Shown here in pieces: positions 1 through 11,143 of a stretch of 64,000 nt of DNA. The DNA comes from the human T2T-CHM13v2.0 reference genome, Homo sapiens. The stretch lies in assembly GCF_009914755.1 (NCBI RefSeq), contig NC_060942.1. One strand, written 5' to 3'. A model generated the notes under the pieces. It made no database searches. It was not told the origin of the DNA and was given only the letters and a program-made list of their open reading frames with translations. A program made the translations under genes and the position numbers. Positions within the stretch are counted from its first letter, which is position 1, and each line of letters opens with the position of its first letter.

Positions 1-291
1 AGAACCTTCCTTTTCATAGATAAGTTTCGAAACGCTCTTTTTGTGGAATCTGCAAGTGGATATTTGGCTAGTTTTGAGGATTTCGTTGGAAGCGGGAATT
101 CATACAAATTGCAGACTGCAGCGTTCTGAGAAACATCTTTGTGATGTTTGTATTCAGGACACAGAGTTGAACATTCCCTATCATAGAGCAGGTTGGAATC
201 ACTCCTTTGTAGTATCTGGAAGTGGACATTTGGAGCGCTTTCAGGCCTATGTTGAAAAAGGAAATATCTTCCCATAACAACTAGACACAAG
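1..291 (+). repeat. End of an 8-mer-type HOR variant (monomer g joined to an l-type end) in the diverged haplotype
   Basis: The window opens in a g-type monomer (AGAACC...TCATAGA.AAGTTT.GAAACGCTC). The next monomer ends like l (GTTGAAAAAGG...CTAGACACAAG) and is followed directly by monomer a at 292, skipping i-j-k. Confidence 0.75.
81..97 (+). other. CENP-B box (first in window; six per 12-mer, in monomers a, c, e, g, i, k)
   Basis: TTTCGTTGGAAGCGGGA matches the consensus YTTCGTTGGAARCGGGA. The monomer a (TTTCGTGGGAAACGGGA) and monomer i (TTTCGCTGGAAGCGGGA) variants keep the essential NTTCGNNNNANNCGGGN bases. Confidence 0.95.
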
Positions 292-2326
292 CATTCTCAG
301 AAACTTGTTTGTGATGTGTGCCCTCTACTGACAGAGTTGAACCTTTCTTTTCATAGAGCAGTTTTGAAACACTCTTTTTGTAGAATCTGCAAGAGGATAT
401 TTGCATAGCTTTGAGGATTTCGTGGGAAACGGGATTGTCTTCAGGTAAAATCTAGACAGAAGCATTCTCAGAAACTTCTTTGGGATGTTTGCATTCAAGT
501 CACAGAGTAGAACATTCCCTTTGGTAGAGCAGGTTTGAAACACTCTTTTTGTAGTATCTGGAAGTGGACATTTGGAGCGCTTTCAGGCCTATGTTGGAAA
601 GGGAAATATCTTCCCGTAACAACTAGGCAGAAGCATTCTCAGAAACTTATTTGAGATGTGTGTACTCAACTAAGAGAATTGAACCACCGTTTTGAAGGAG
701 CAGTTTTGAAACACTCTTTTTCTGGAATCTGCAAGAGGATATTTGCCTAGCCTTGAGGATTTCGTTGGAAACGGGATTGTCTTCAGATCAAATCTAGACA
801 GAAGCATTCTCAGAAACTTCTTTGGGATGTTTGCATTCAAGTCACAGAGTAGAACATTCCCTTTGGTAGAGCAGGTTTGAAACACTCTTTTTTTAGTATA
901 TGGAAGTGGACATTTGGAGCGCTTTCAGGCCTACGTTGGAAAAGGAAATATCTTCCCATAACAACTAGACAGAAGCATTCTCAGAAACTAGTTTCTGATG
1001 TGTGTCCTCAACTAACACAGTTGAACATTTCTTTAGACAGAACAGTTTTGAAACTCTCTTTTTGTGGAATCTGCAAGTGGCTATTTGGCTAGATTTGAGG
1101 ATTTCGTTGGAAACGGGATTACATATAAAAAGCAGACAGCAGCATTCTCAGAAAGTTCTTTGTGATGATTGCATTCAAGTCACAGAATTGAACATTCCCT
1201 TTCACAGAGCAGGTTTGAAACACTCTTTTTATAGTGTGTGTAAGTGGACATTTGGAGCACTTTCCGGCCTAAGGTGAAAAAGGAAATATCTTCCCATAAA
1301 AACTAGACAGAAGCATTCTCAGAAACTTACTCGTGATGTGTGTCCTCAACTAAAGGAGTAGAACCTTTGTTTTCATAGAGAAGTTTTGAAACGCTCTTTT
1401 TGTGGAATCTGCAAGTGGATATTTGGCTAGTTTGGAGGATTTCGTTGGAAGCGGGAATTCATACAAATTGCAGACTGCAGCGTTCTGAGAAACATCTTTG
1501 TGATGTTTGTATTCAGGACACAGAGTTGAACATTCCCTATCATAGAGCAGGTTGGAATCACTCCTTTTGTAGTATCTGGAAGTGGACATTTGGAGCGCTT
1601 TCAGGCCTATGTTGGAAAAGGAAATATCTTCCCATAACAACTAGACAGAAGCATTCTCAGAAACTTATTTGAGATGTGTGTACTCAACTAAGAGAATTGA
1701 ACCACCGTTTTGAAGGAGCACTTTTGAAACACTCTTTTTCTGGAATCTGCAAGTGGATATTTGGCTAGCTTTGGGGATTTCGCTGGAAGCGGGAATACAT
1801 ATAAAAAGCACACAGCAGCGTTCTGAGAAACTGCTTTCTGATGTTTGCATTCAAGTCAAAAGTTGAACACTCCCTTTCATAGAGCAGTCCTGAAACAGTC
1901 CTTTTGTAGTATCTGGAACTGGACTTTTGGAGCGCTTTCAGGGCTAAGGTGAAAAAGGAAATATCTTCCCATAAAAACTGGACAGAAGCATTCTCAGAAA
2001 CTTGTTTATGCTGTATCTACTCAACTAACAAAGTTGAACATTTCTTTTGATAGAGCAGTTTTGAAATGCTCTTTTTGTGGAATCTGCAAGTGGATATTTG
2101 GCTAGTTTTGAGGATTTCGTTGGAAGCGGGAATTCATACAAATTGCAGACTGCAGCGTTCTGAGAAACATCTTTGTGATGTTTGTATTCAGGACAGAGAG
2201 TTGAACATTCCCTATCATAGAGCAGGTTGGAATCACTCCTTTTGTAGTATCTGGAAGTGGACATTTGGAGCGCTTTCTGGCCTATGTTGAAAAAGGAAAT
2301 ATCTTCCCATAACAACTAGACACAAG
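292..2326 (+). repeat. 12-mer HOR, diverged haplotype
   Basis: Monomer a starts at 292 and 2327 (2035 bp apart). The unit carries the early-haplotype alleles CAGATCAAAT, TTTCCGGCC, GTCCTGAA, AAATGCTCT and CTAGACACAAG. Confidence 0.92.
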
Positions 2327-3347
2327 CATTCTCAGAAACTTGTTTGTGATGTGTGCCCTCTACTGACAGAGTTGAACCTTTCTTTTCATAGAGCAGTTTT
2401 GAAACACTCTTTTTGTAGAATCTGCAAGAGGATATTTGCATAGCTTTGAGGATTACGTGGGAAACGGGATTGTCTTCAGGTAAAATCTAGACAGAAGCAT
2501 TCTCAGAAACTTCTTTGGGATGTTTGCATTCAAGTCACAGAGTAGAACATTCCCTTTGGTAGAGTAGGTTTGAAACACTCTTTTTGTAGTATTTGGAAGT
2601 GGACATTTGGAGCGCTTTCAGGCCCATGTTGGAAAGGGAAATATCTTCCCGTAACAACTAGGCAGAAGCATTCTCAGAAACTTATTTGAGATGTGTGTAT
2701 TCAACTAAGAGAATTGAACCACCGTTTTGAAGGAGCAGTTTTGAAACACTCTTTTTCTGGAATCTGAAAGAGGATATTTGCCTAGCCTTGAGGATTTCGT
2801 TGGAAACGGGATTGTCTTCAGATCAAATCTAGACAGAAGCATTCTCAGAAACTTCTTTGGGATGTTTGCATTCAAGTCACAGAGTAGAACATTCCCTTTG
2901 GTAGAGCAGGTTTGAAACACTCTTTTTTTAGTATATGGAAGTGGACATTTGGAGCGCATTCAGGCCTACGTTGGAAAAGGAAATATCTTCCCATAACAAC
3001 TAGACAGAAGCATTCTCAGAAACTAGTTTCTGATGTGTGTCCTCAACTAACACAGTTGCACATTTCTTTAGACAGAACAGTTTTGAAACACTCTTTTTGT
3101 GGAATCTGCAAGTGGCTATTTGGCTAGATTTGAGGATTTCGTTGGAAACGGGATTACATATAAAAAGCAGTCAGCAGCATTCTCAGAAAGTTCTTTGTGA
3201 TGATTGCATTCAAGTCACAGAATTGAACATTCCCTTTCACAGAGCAGGTTTGAAATACTCTTTTTTAGTGTGTGTAATTGGACATTTGGAGCACTTTCCG
3301 GCCTAAGGTGTAAAAGGAAATATCTTCCCATAAAAACTAGACAGAAG
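2327..3347 (+). repeat. 6-mer HOR structural variant (a-f), followed by a g/a hybrid monomer
   Basis: The monomer at 3348 starts as g (TTACTCGTGATG) and switches to a (GTAGAATCTGCAAGAGGATATTTGCATAG) at ~3428. The ORF anchor spacing 2912 to 3931 is 1019 bp. Confidence 0.9.
2453..2469 (+). other. Mutated CENP-B box (TTCG to TACG)
   Basis: Reads TTACGTGGGAAACGGGA; T>A at 2455 hits an essential core position. Confidence 0.85.
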
Positions 3348-5380
3348 CATTCTCAGAAACTTACTCGTGATGTGTGTCCTCCACTAAATGAGTAGAACCT
3401 TTCTTTTCATAGAGAAGTTTTGAAACGCTTTTTGTAGAATCTGCAAGAGGATATTTGCATAGCTTTGAGGATTTCGTGGGAAACGGGATTGTCTTCAGGT
3501 AAAATCTAGACAGAAGCATTCTCAGAAACTTCTTTGGGATGTTTGCATTCAAGTCACAGAGTAGAACGTTCCCTTTGGTAGAGCAGGTTTGAAACACTCT
3601 TTTTGTATTATCTGGAAGTGGACATTTGGAGCGCTTTCAGGCCTATGTTGGAAAGGGAAATATCTTCCCGTAACAACTAGGCAGAAGCATTCTCAGAAAC
3701 TTATTTGAGATGTGTGTACTCAACTAAGAGAATTGAATCACCGTTTTGAAGGAGCAGTTTTGAAACACTCTTTTTCTGGAATCTGCAAGAGGATATTTGC
3801 CTAGCCTTGAGGATTTCGTTGGAAACGGGATTGTCTTCAGATCAAATCTAGACAGAAGCATTCTCAGAAACTTCTTTGGGATGTTTTCATTCAAGTCACA
3901 GAGTAGAACATTCCCTTTGGTAGAGCAGGTTTGAAACACTCTTTTTTTAGTATATGGAAGTGGACATTTGGAGCGCTTTCAGGCCTACGTTGGAAAAGGA
4001 AATATCTTCCCATAACAACTAGACAGAAGCATTCTCAGAAACTAGTTTCTGATGTGTGTCCTCAACTAACACAGTTGAACATTTCTTTAGACAGAACAGT
4101 TTTGAAACACTCTTTTTGTGGAATCTGCAAGTGGCTATTTGGCTAGATTTGAGGATTTCGTTGGAAACGGGATTACATATAAAAAGCAGACAGCAGCATT
4201 CTCAGAAAGTTCTTTGTGATGATTGCATTCAAGTCACAGAATTGAACATTCCCTTTCACAGAGCAGGTTTGAAACACTCTTTTTGTAGTGTGTGTAAGTG
4301 GACATTTGGAGCACTTTCCGGCCTAAGGTGAAAAAGGGAATATCTTCCCATAAAAACTAGACAGAAGCATTCTCAGAAACTTACTCGTGATGTGTGTCCT
4401 CAACTAAAGGAGTAGAACCTTTGTTTTCATAGAGAAGTTTTGAAACGCTCTTTTTGTGGAATCTGCAAGTGGATATTTGGCTAGTTTGGAGGATTTCGTT
4501 GGAAGCGGGAATTCATACAAGATGCAGACTGCAGCGTTCTGAGAAACATCTTTGTGATGTTTGTATTCAGGACACAGAGTTGAACATTCCCTATCATAGA
4601 GCAGGTTGGAATCACTCCTTTTGTAGTATCTGGAAGTGGACATTTGGAGCGCTTTCAGGCCTATGTTGGAAAAGGAAATATCTTCCCATAACAACTAGAC
4701 AGAAGCATTCTCAGAAACTTATTTGAGATGTGTGTACTCAACTAAGAGAATTGAACCACCGTTTTGAAGGAGCAGTTTTGAAACACTCTTTTTCTGGAAT
4801 CTGCAAGTGGATATTTGGCTAGCTTTGGGGATTTCGCTGGAAGCGGGAATACATATAAAAAGCACACAGCAGCGTTCTGAGAAACTGCTTTCTGATGTTT
4901 GCATTCAAGTCAAAAGTTGAACACTCCCTTTCATAGAGCAGTCCTGAAACACTCCTTTTGTAGTATCTGGAACTGGACTTTTGGAGCGCTTTCAGGGCTA
5001 AGGTGAAAAAGGAAATATCTTCCCATAAAAACTGGACAGAAGCATTCTCAGAAACTTGTTTATGCTGTATCTACTCAACTAACAAAGTTGAACCTTTCTT
5101 TTGATAGAGCAGTTTTGAAATGCTCTTTTTGTGGAATCTGCAAGTGGATATTTGGCTAGTTTTGAGGATTTCGTTGGAAGCGGGAATTCATACAAATTGC
5201 AGACTGCAGCGTTCTGAGAAACATCTTTGTGATGTTTGTATTCAGGACACAGAGTTGAACATTCCCTATCATAGAGCAGGTTGGAATCACTCCTTTTGTA
5301 GTATCTGGAAGTGGACATTTGGAGCGCTTTCAGGCCTATGTTGAAAAAGGAAATATCTTCCCATAACAACTAGACACAAG

Positions 5381-7073
5381 CATTCTCAGAAACTTGTTTG
5401 TGATGTGTGCCCTCTACTGACAGAGTTGAACCTTTCTTTTCATAGAGCAGTTTTGAAACACTCTTTTTGTAGAATCTGCAAGAGGATATTTGCATAGCTT
5501 TGAGGATTTCGTGGGAAACGGGATTGTCTTCAGGTAAAATCTAGACAGAAGCATTCTCAGAAACTTCTTTGGGATGTTTGCATTCAAGTCACAGAGTAGA
5601 ACATTCCCTTTGGTAGAGCAGGTTTGAAACACTCTTTTTTTAGTATATGGAAGTGGACATTTGGAGCGCTTTCAGGCCTACGTTGGAAAAGGAAATATCT
5701 TCCCATAACAACTAGACAGAAGCATTCTCAGAAACTAGTTTCTGATGTGTGTCCTCAACTAACACAGTTGTACATTTCTTTAGACAGAACAGTTTTGAAA
5801 CACTCTTTTTGTGGAATCTGCAAGTGGATATTTGGCTAGATTTGAGGATTTCGTTGGAAACGGGATTACATATAAAAAGCAGACAGCAGCATTCTCCGAA
5901 AGTTCTTTGTGATGATTGCATTCAAGTCACAGAATTGAACATTCCCTTTCACAGAGCAGGTTTGAAACACTCTTTTTGTAGTGTGTGTAAGTGGACATTT
6001 GGAGCACTTACCGGCCTAAGGTGAAAAAGGAAATATCTTCCCATAAAAACTAGACAGAAGCATTCTCAGAAACTTACTCGTGATGTGTGTCCTCAACTAA
6101 AGGAGTAGAACCTTTCTTTTCATAGAGAAGTTTTGAAACGCTCTTTTTGTGGAATCTGCAAGTGGATATTTGGCTAGTTTTGAGGATTTCGTTGGAAGCG
6201 GGAATTCATACAAATTGCAGACTGCAGCGTTCTGAGAAACATCTTTGTGATGTTTGTATTCAGGACACAGAGTTGAACATTCCCTATCATAGAGCAGGTT
6301 GGAATCACTCCTTTTGTAGTATCTGTAAGTGGACATTTGGAGCGCTTTCAGGCCTATGTTGGAAAAGGAAATATCTTCCCATAACAACTAGACAGAAGCA
6401 TTCTCAGAAACTTATTTGAGATGTGTGTACTCAACTAAGAGAATTGAACCACCGTTTTGAAGGAGCAGTTTTGAAACTCTCTTTTTCTGGAATCTGCAAG
6501 TGGATATTTGGCTAGCTTTGGGGATTTCGCTGGAAGCGGGAATACATATAAAAAGCACACAGCAGCGTTCTGAGAAACTGCTTTCTGATGTTTGCATTCA
6601 AGTCAAAAGTTGAACACTCCCTTTCATAGAGCAGTCTTGAAACACCCGTTTTGTAGTATCTGGAACTGGACTTTTGGAGCGATTTCAGGGCTAAGGTGAA
6701 AAAGGAAATATCTTCCCATAAAAACTGGACAGAAGCATTCTCAGAAACTTGTTTATGCTGTAACTACTCAACTAACAAAGTTGAACCTTTCTTTTGATAG
6801 AGCAGTTTTGAAATGGTCTTTTTGTGGAATCTGCAAGTGGATATTTGGCTAGTTTTGAGGATTTCGTTGGAAGCGGGAATTCATACAAATTGCAGACTGC
6901 AGCGTTCTGAGAAACATCTTTGTGATGTTTGTATTCAGGACACAGAGTTGAACATTCCCTATCATAGAGCAGGTTGGAATCACTCCTTTTGTAGTATCTG
7001 GAAGTGGACATTTGGAGCGCTTTCAGGCCTATTTTGGAAAGGGAAATATCTTCCCGTAACAACTATGCAGAAG
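5381..7073 (+). repeat. 10-mer HOR structural variant (1693 bp; one 342-bp dimer missing)
   Basis: Monomer a is followed by a single b/d monomer (TTTTTTAGTATATGG, CCTACGTTGG) and then e. Monomer c is absent, and 2035-1693 = 342. Confidence 0.92.
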
Positions 7074-9108
7074 CATTCTCAGAAACTTGTTTGTGATGTG
7101 TGCCCTCTACTGACAGAGTTGAACCTTTCTTTTCATAGAGCAGTTTTGAAACACTCTTTTTGTAGAATCTGCAAGAGGATATTTGCATAGCTTTGAGGAT
7201 TTCGTGGGAAACGGGATTGTCTTCAGGTAAAATCTAGACAGAAGCATTCTCAGAAACTTCTTTGGGATGTTTGTATTCAAGTCACAGAGTAGAACATTCC
7301 CTTTGGTAGAGCAGGTTTGAAACACTCTTTTTGTAGTATCTGGAAGTGGACATTTGGAGCGCTTTCAGGCCCATGTTGGAAAGGGAAATATCTTCCCGTA
7401 ACAACTAGGCAGAAGCATTCTCAGAAACTTATTTGAGATGTGTGTACTCAACTAAGAGAATTGAACCACCGTTTTGAAGGAGCAGTTTTGAAACACTCTT
7501 TTTCTGGAATCTGCAAGAGTATATTTGCCTAGCCATGAGGATTTCGTTGGAAACGGGATTGTCTTCAGAGAAAATCTAGACAGAAGCATTCTCAGAAACT
7601 TCTTTGGGATGTTTGCATTCAAGTCACAGAGTAGAACATTCCCTTTGGTAGAGCAGGTTTGAAACACTCTTTTTTTAGTATATGGAAGTGGACATTTGGA
7701 GCGCTTTCAGGCCTACGTTGGAAAAGGAAATATCTTCCCATAACAACTAGACAGAAGCATTCTCAGAAACTAGTTTCTGATGTGTGTCCTCAACTAACAC
7801 AGTTGAACATTTCTTTAGACAGAACAGTTTTGAAACACTCTTTTTGTGGAATCTGCAAGAGGCTATTTGGCTAGATTTGAGGATTTCGTTGGAAACGGGA
7901 TTACATATAAAAAGCAGTCAGCAGCATTCTCAGAAAGTTCTTTGTGATGATTGCATTCAAGTCACAGAATTGAACATTCCCTTTCACAGAGCAGGTTTGA
8001 AACACTCTTTTTGTAGTGTGTGTAAGTGGACATTTGGAGCACTTACCGGCCTAAGGTGAAAAAGGAAATATCTTCCCATAAAAACTAGACAGAAGCATTC
8101 TCAGAAACTTACTCGTGATGTGTGTCCTCAACTAAAGGAGTAGAACCTTTCTTTTCATAGAGAAGTTTTGAAACGCTCTTTTTGTGGAATCTGCAAGTGG
8201 ATATTTGGCTAGTTTTGAGGATTTCGTTGGAAGCGGGAATTCATACAAATTGCAGACTGCAGCGTTCTGAGAAACATCTTTGTGATGTTTGTATTCAGGA
8301 CACAGAGTTGAACATTCCCTATCATAGAGCAGGTTTGAATCACTCCTTTTGTAGTATCTGGAAGTGGACATTTGGAGCGCTTTCAGGCCTATGTTGGAAA
8401 AGGAAATATCTTCCCATAACAACTAGACAGAAGCATTCTCAGAAACTTATTTGAGATGTGTGTACTCAACTAAGAGAATTGAACCACCGTTTTGAAGGAG
8501 CAGTTTTGAAACTCTCTTTTTCTGGAATCTGCAAGTGGATATTTGGCTAGCTTTCGGGATTTCGCTGGAAGCGGGAATACATATAAAAAGCACACAGCAG
8601 CGTTCTGAGAAACTGCTTTCTGATGTTTGCATTCAAGTCAAAAGTTGAACACTCCCTTTCATAGAGCAGTCTTGAAACACCCGTTTTGTAGTATCTGGAA
8701 CTGGACTTTTGGAGCGATTTCAGGGCTAAGGTGAAAAAGGAAATATCTTCCCATAAAAACTGGACAGAAGCATTCTCAGAAACTTGTTTATGCTGTAACT
8801 ACTCAACTAACAAAGTTGAACCTTTCTTTTGATAGAGCAGTTTTGAAATGGTCTTTTTGTGGAATCTGCAAGTGGATATTTGGCTAGTTTTGAGGATTTC
8901 GTTGGAAGCGGGAATTCATACAAATTGCAGACTGCAGCGTTCTGAGAAACATCTTTGTGATGTTTGTATTCAGGACAGAGAGTTGAACATTCCCTATCAT
9001 AGAGCAGGTTGGAATCACTCCTTTTGTAGTATCTGGAAGTGGACATTTGGAGCGCTTTCAGGCCTATTTTGGAAAGGGAAATATCTTCCCGTAACAACTA
9101 TGCAGAAG
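7074..9108 (+). repeat. Representative canonical 12-mer HOR unit (2035 bp), monomers a-l
   Basis: Monomer starts (C[A/G]TTCT[C/G]AGAAA) read at 7074, 7245, 7416, 7587, 7758, 7925, 8096, 8263, 8434, 8601, 8771, 8938, with the next unit at 9109. Lengths 171,171,171,171,167,171,167,171,167,170,167,171 sum to 2035. Confidence 0.95.
8051..8067 (+). other. A-box/pJalpha-like motif in a non-CENP-B monomer (example)
   Basis: CTAAGGTGAAAAAGGAA sits at the position homologous to the CENP-B box in the alternating monomers and is close to the recalled pJalpha motif CTAYGGTGRAAAAGGAA. Confidence 0.6.
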
Positions 9109-11143
9109 CATTCTCAGAAACTTGTTTGTGATGTGTGCCCTCTACTGACAGAGTTGAACCTTTCTTTTCATAGAGCACTTTTGAAACACTCTTTTTGTAG
9201 AATCTGCAAGAGGATATTTGCATAGCTTTGAGGATTTCGTGGGAAACGGGATTGTCTTCAGGTAAAATCTAGACAGAAGCATTCTCAGAAACTTCTTTGG
9301 GATGTTTGCATTCAAGTCACAGAGTAGAACATTCCCTTTGGTAGAGCAGGTTTGAAACACTCTTTTTGTAGTATCTGGAAGTGGACATTTGGAGCGCTTT
9401 CAGGCCCATGTTGGAAAGGGAAATATCTTCCCGTAACAACTAGGCAGAAGCATTCTCAGAAACTTATTTGAGATGTGTGTACTCAACTAAGAGAATTGAA
9501 CCACCGTTTTGAAGGAGCAGTTTTGAAACACTCTTTTTCTGGAATCTGCAAGAGTATATTTGCCTAGCCTTGAGGATTTCGTTGGAAACGGGATTGTCTT
9601 CAGAGAAAATCTAGACAGAAGCATTCTCAGAAACTTCTTTGGGATGTTTGCATTCAAGTCACAGAGTAGAACATTCCCTTTGGTAGAGCAGGTTTGAAAC
9701 ACTCTTTTTTTAGTATATGGAAGTGGACATTTGGAGCGCTTTCAGGCCTACGTTGGAAAAGGAAATATCTTCCCATAACAACTAGACAGAAGCATTCTCA
9801 GAAACTAGTTTCTGATGTGTGTCCTCAACTAACACAGTTGAACATTTCTTTAGACAGAACAGTTTTGAAACACTCTTTTTGTGGAATCTGCAAGTGGCTA
9901 TTTGGCTAGATTTGAGGATTTCGTTGGAAACGGGATTACATATAAAAAGCAGTCAGCAGCATTCTCAGAAAGTTCTTTGTGATGATTGCATTCAAGTCAC
10001 AGAATTGAACATTCCCTTTCACAGAGCAGGTTTGAAACACTCTTTTTGTAGTGTGTGTAAGTGGACATTTGGAGCACTTACCGGCCTAAGGTGAAAAAGG
10101 AAATATCTTCCCATAAAAACTAGACAGAAGCATTCTCAGAAACTTACTCGTGATGTGTGTCCTCAACTAAAGGAGTAGAACCTTTCTTTTCATAGAGAAG
10201 TTTTGAAACGCTCTTTTTGTGGAATCTGCAAGTGGATATTTGGCTAGTTTTGAGGATTTCGTTGGAAGCGGGAATTCATACAAATTGCAGACTGCAGCGT
10301 TCTGAGAAACATCTTTGTGATGTTTGTATTCAGGACACAGAGTTGAACATTCCCTATCATAGAGCAGGTTTGAATCACTCCTTTTGTAGTATCTGGAAGT
10401 GGACATTTGGAGCGCTTTCAGGCCTATGTTGGAAAAGGAAATATCTTCCCATAACAACTAGACAGAAGCATTCTCAGAAACTTATTTGAGATGTGTGTAC
10501 TCAACTAAGAGAATTGAACCACCGTTTTGAAGGAGCAGTTTTGAAACTCTCTTTTTCTGGAATCTGCAAGTGGATATTTGGCTAGCTTTGGGGATTTCGC
10601 TGGAAGCGGGAATACATATAAAAAGCACACAGCAGCGTTCTGAGAAACTGCTTTCTGATGTTTGCATTCAAATCAAAAGTTGAACACTCCCTTTCATAGA
10701 GCAGTCTTGAAACACCCCTTTTGTAGTATCTGGAACTGGACTTTTGGAGCGATTTCAGGGCTAAGGTGAAAAAGGAAATATCTTCCCATAAAAACTGGAC
10801 AGAAGCATTCTCAGAAACTTGTTTATGCTGTATCTACTCAACTAACAAAGTTGAACCTTTCTTTTGATAGAGCAGTTTTGAAATGGTCTTTTTGTGGAAT
10901 CTGCAAGTGGATATTTGGCTAGTTTTGAGGATTTCGTTGGAAGCGGGAATTCATACAAATTGCAGACTGCAGCGTTCTGAGAAACATCTTTGTGATGTTT
11001 GTATTCAGGACACAGAGTTGAACATTCCCTATCATAGAGCAGGTTGGAATCACTCCTTTTGTAGTATCTGGAAGTGGACATTTGGAGCGCTTTCAGGCCT
11101 ATTTTGGAAAGGGAAATATCTTCCCGTAACAACTATGCAGAAG

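Noticed and set aside
294-302. TTCTCAGAA/TTCTGAGAA palindrome in nearly every monomer, resembling a STAT (GAS) site
   Set aside because: It is a generic part of the alpha-satellite consensus, and nothing in the sequence supports a specific regulatory role here.
1123-1131. TATA-like ATATAAAAA downstream of some CENP-B boxes (monomers e and i)
   Set aside because: It is a short AT-rich motif inherent to the monomer; promoter activity cannot be supported from sequence alone.
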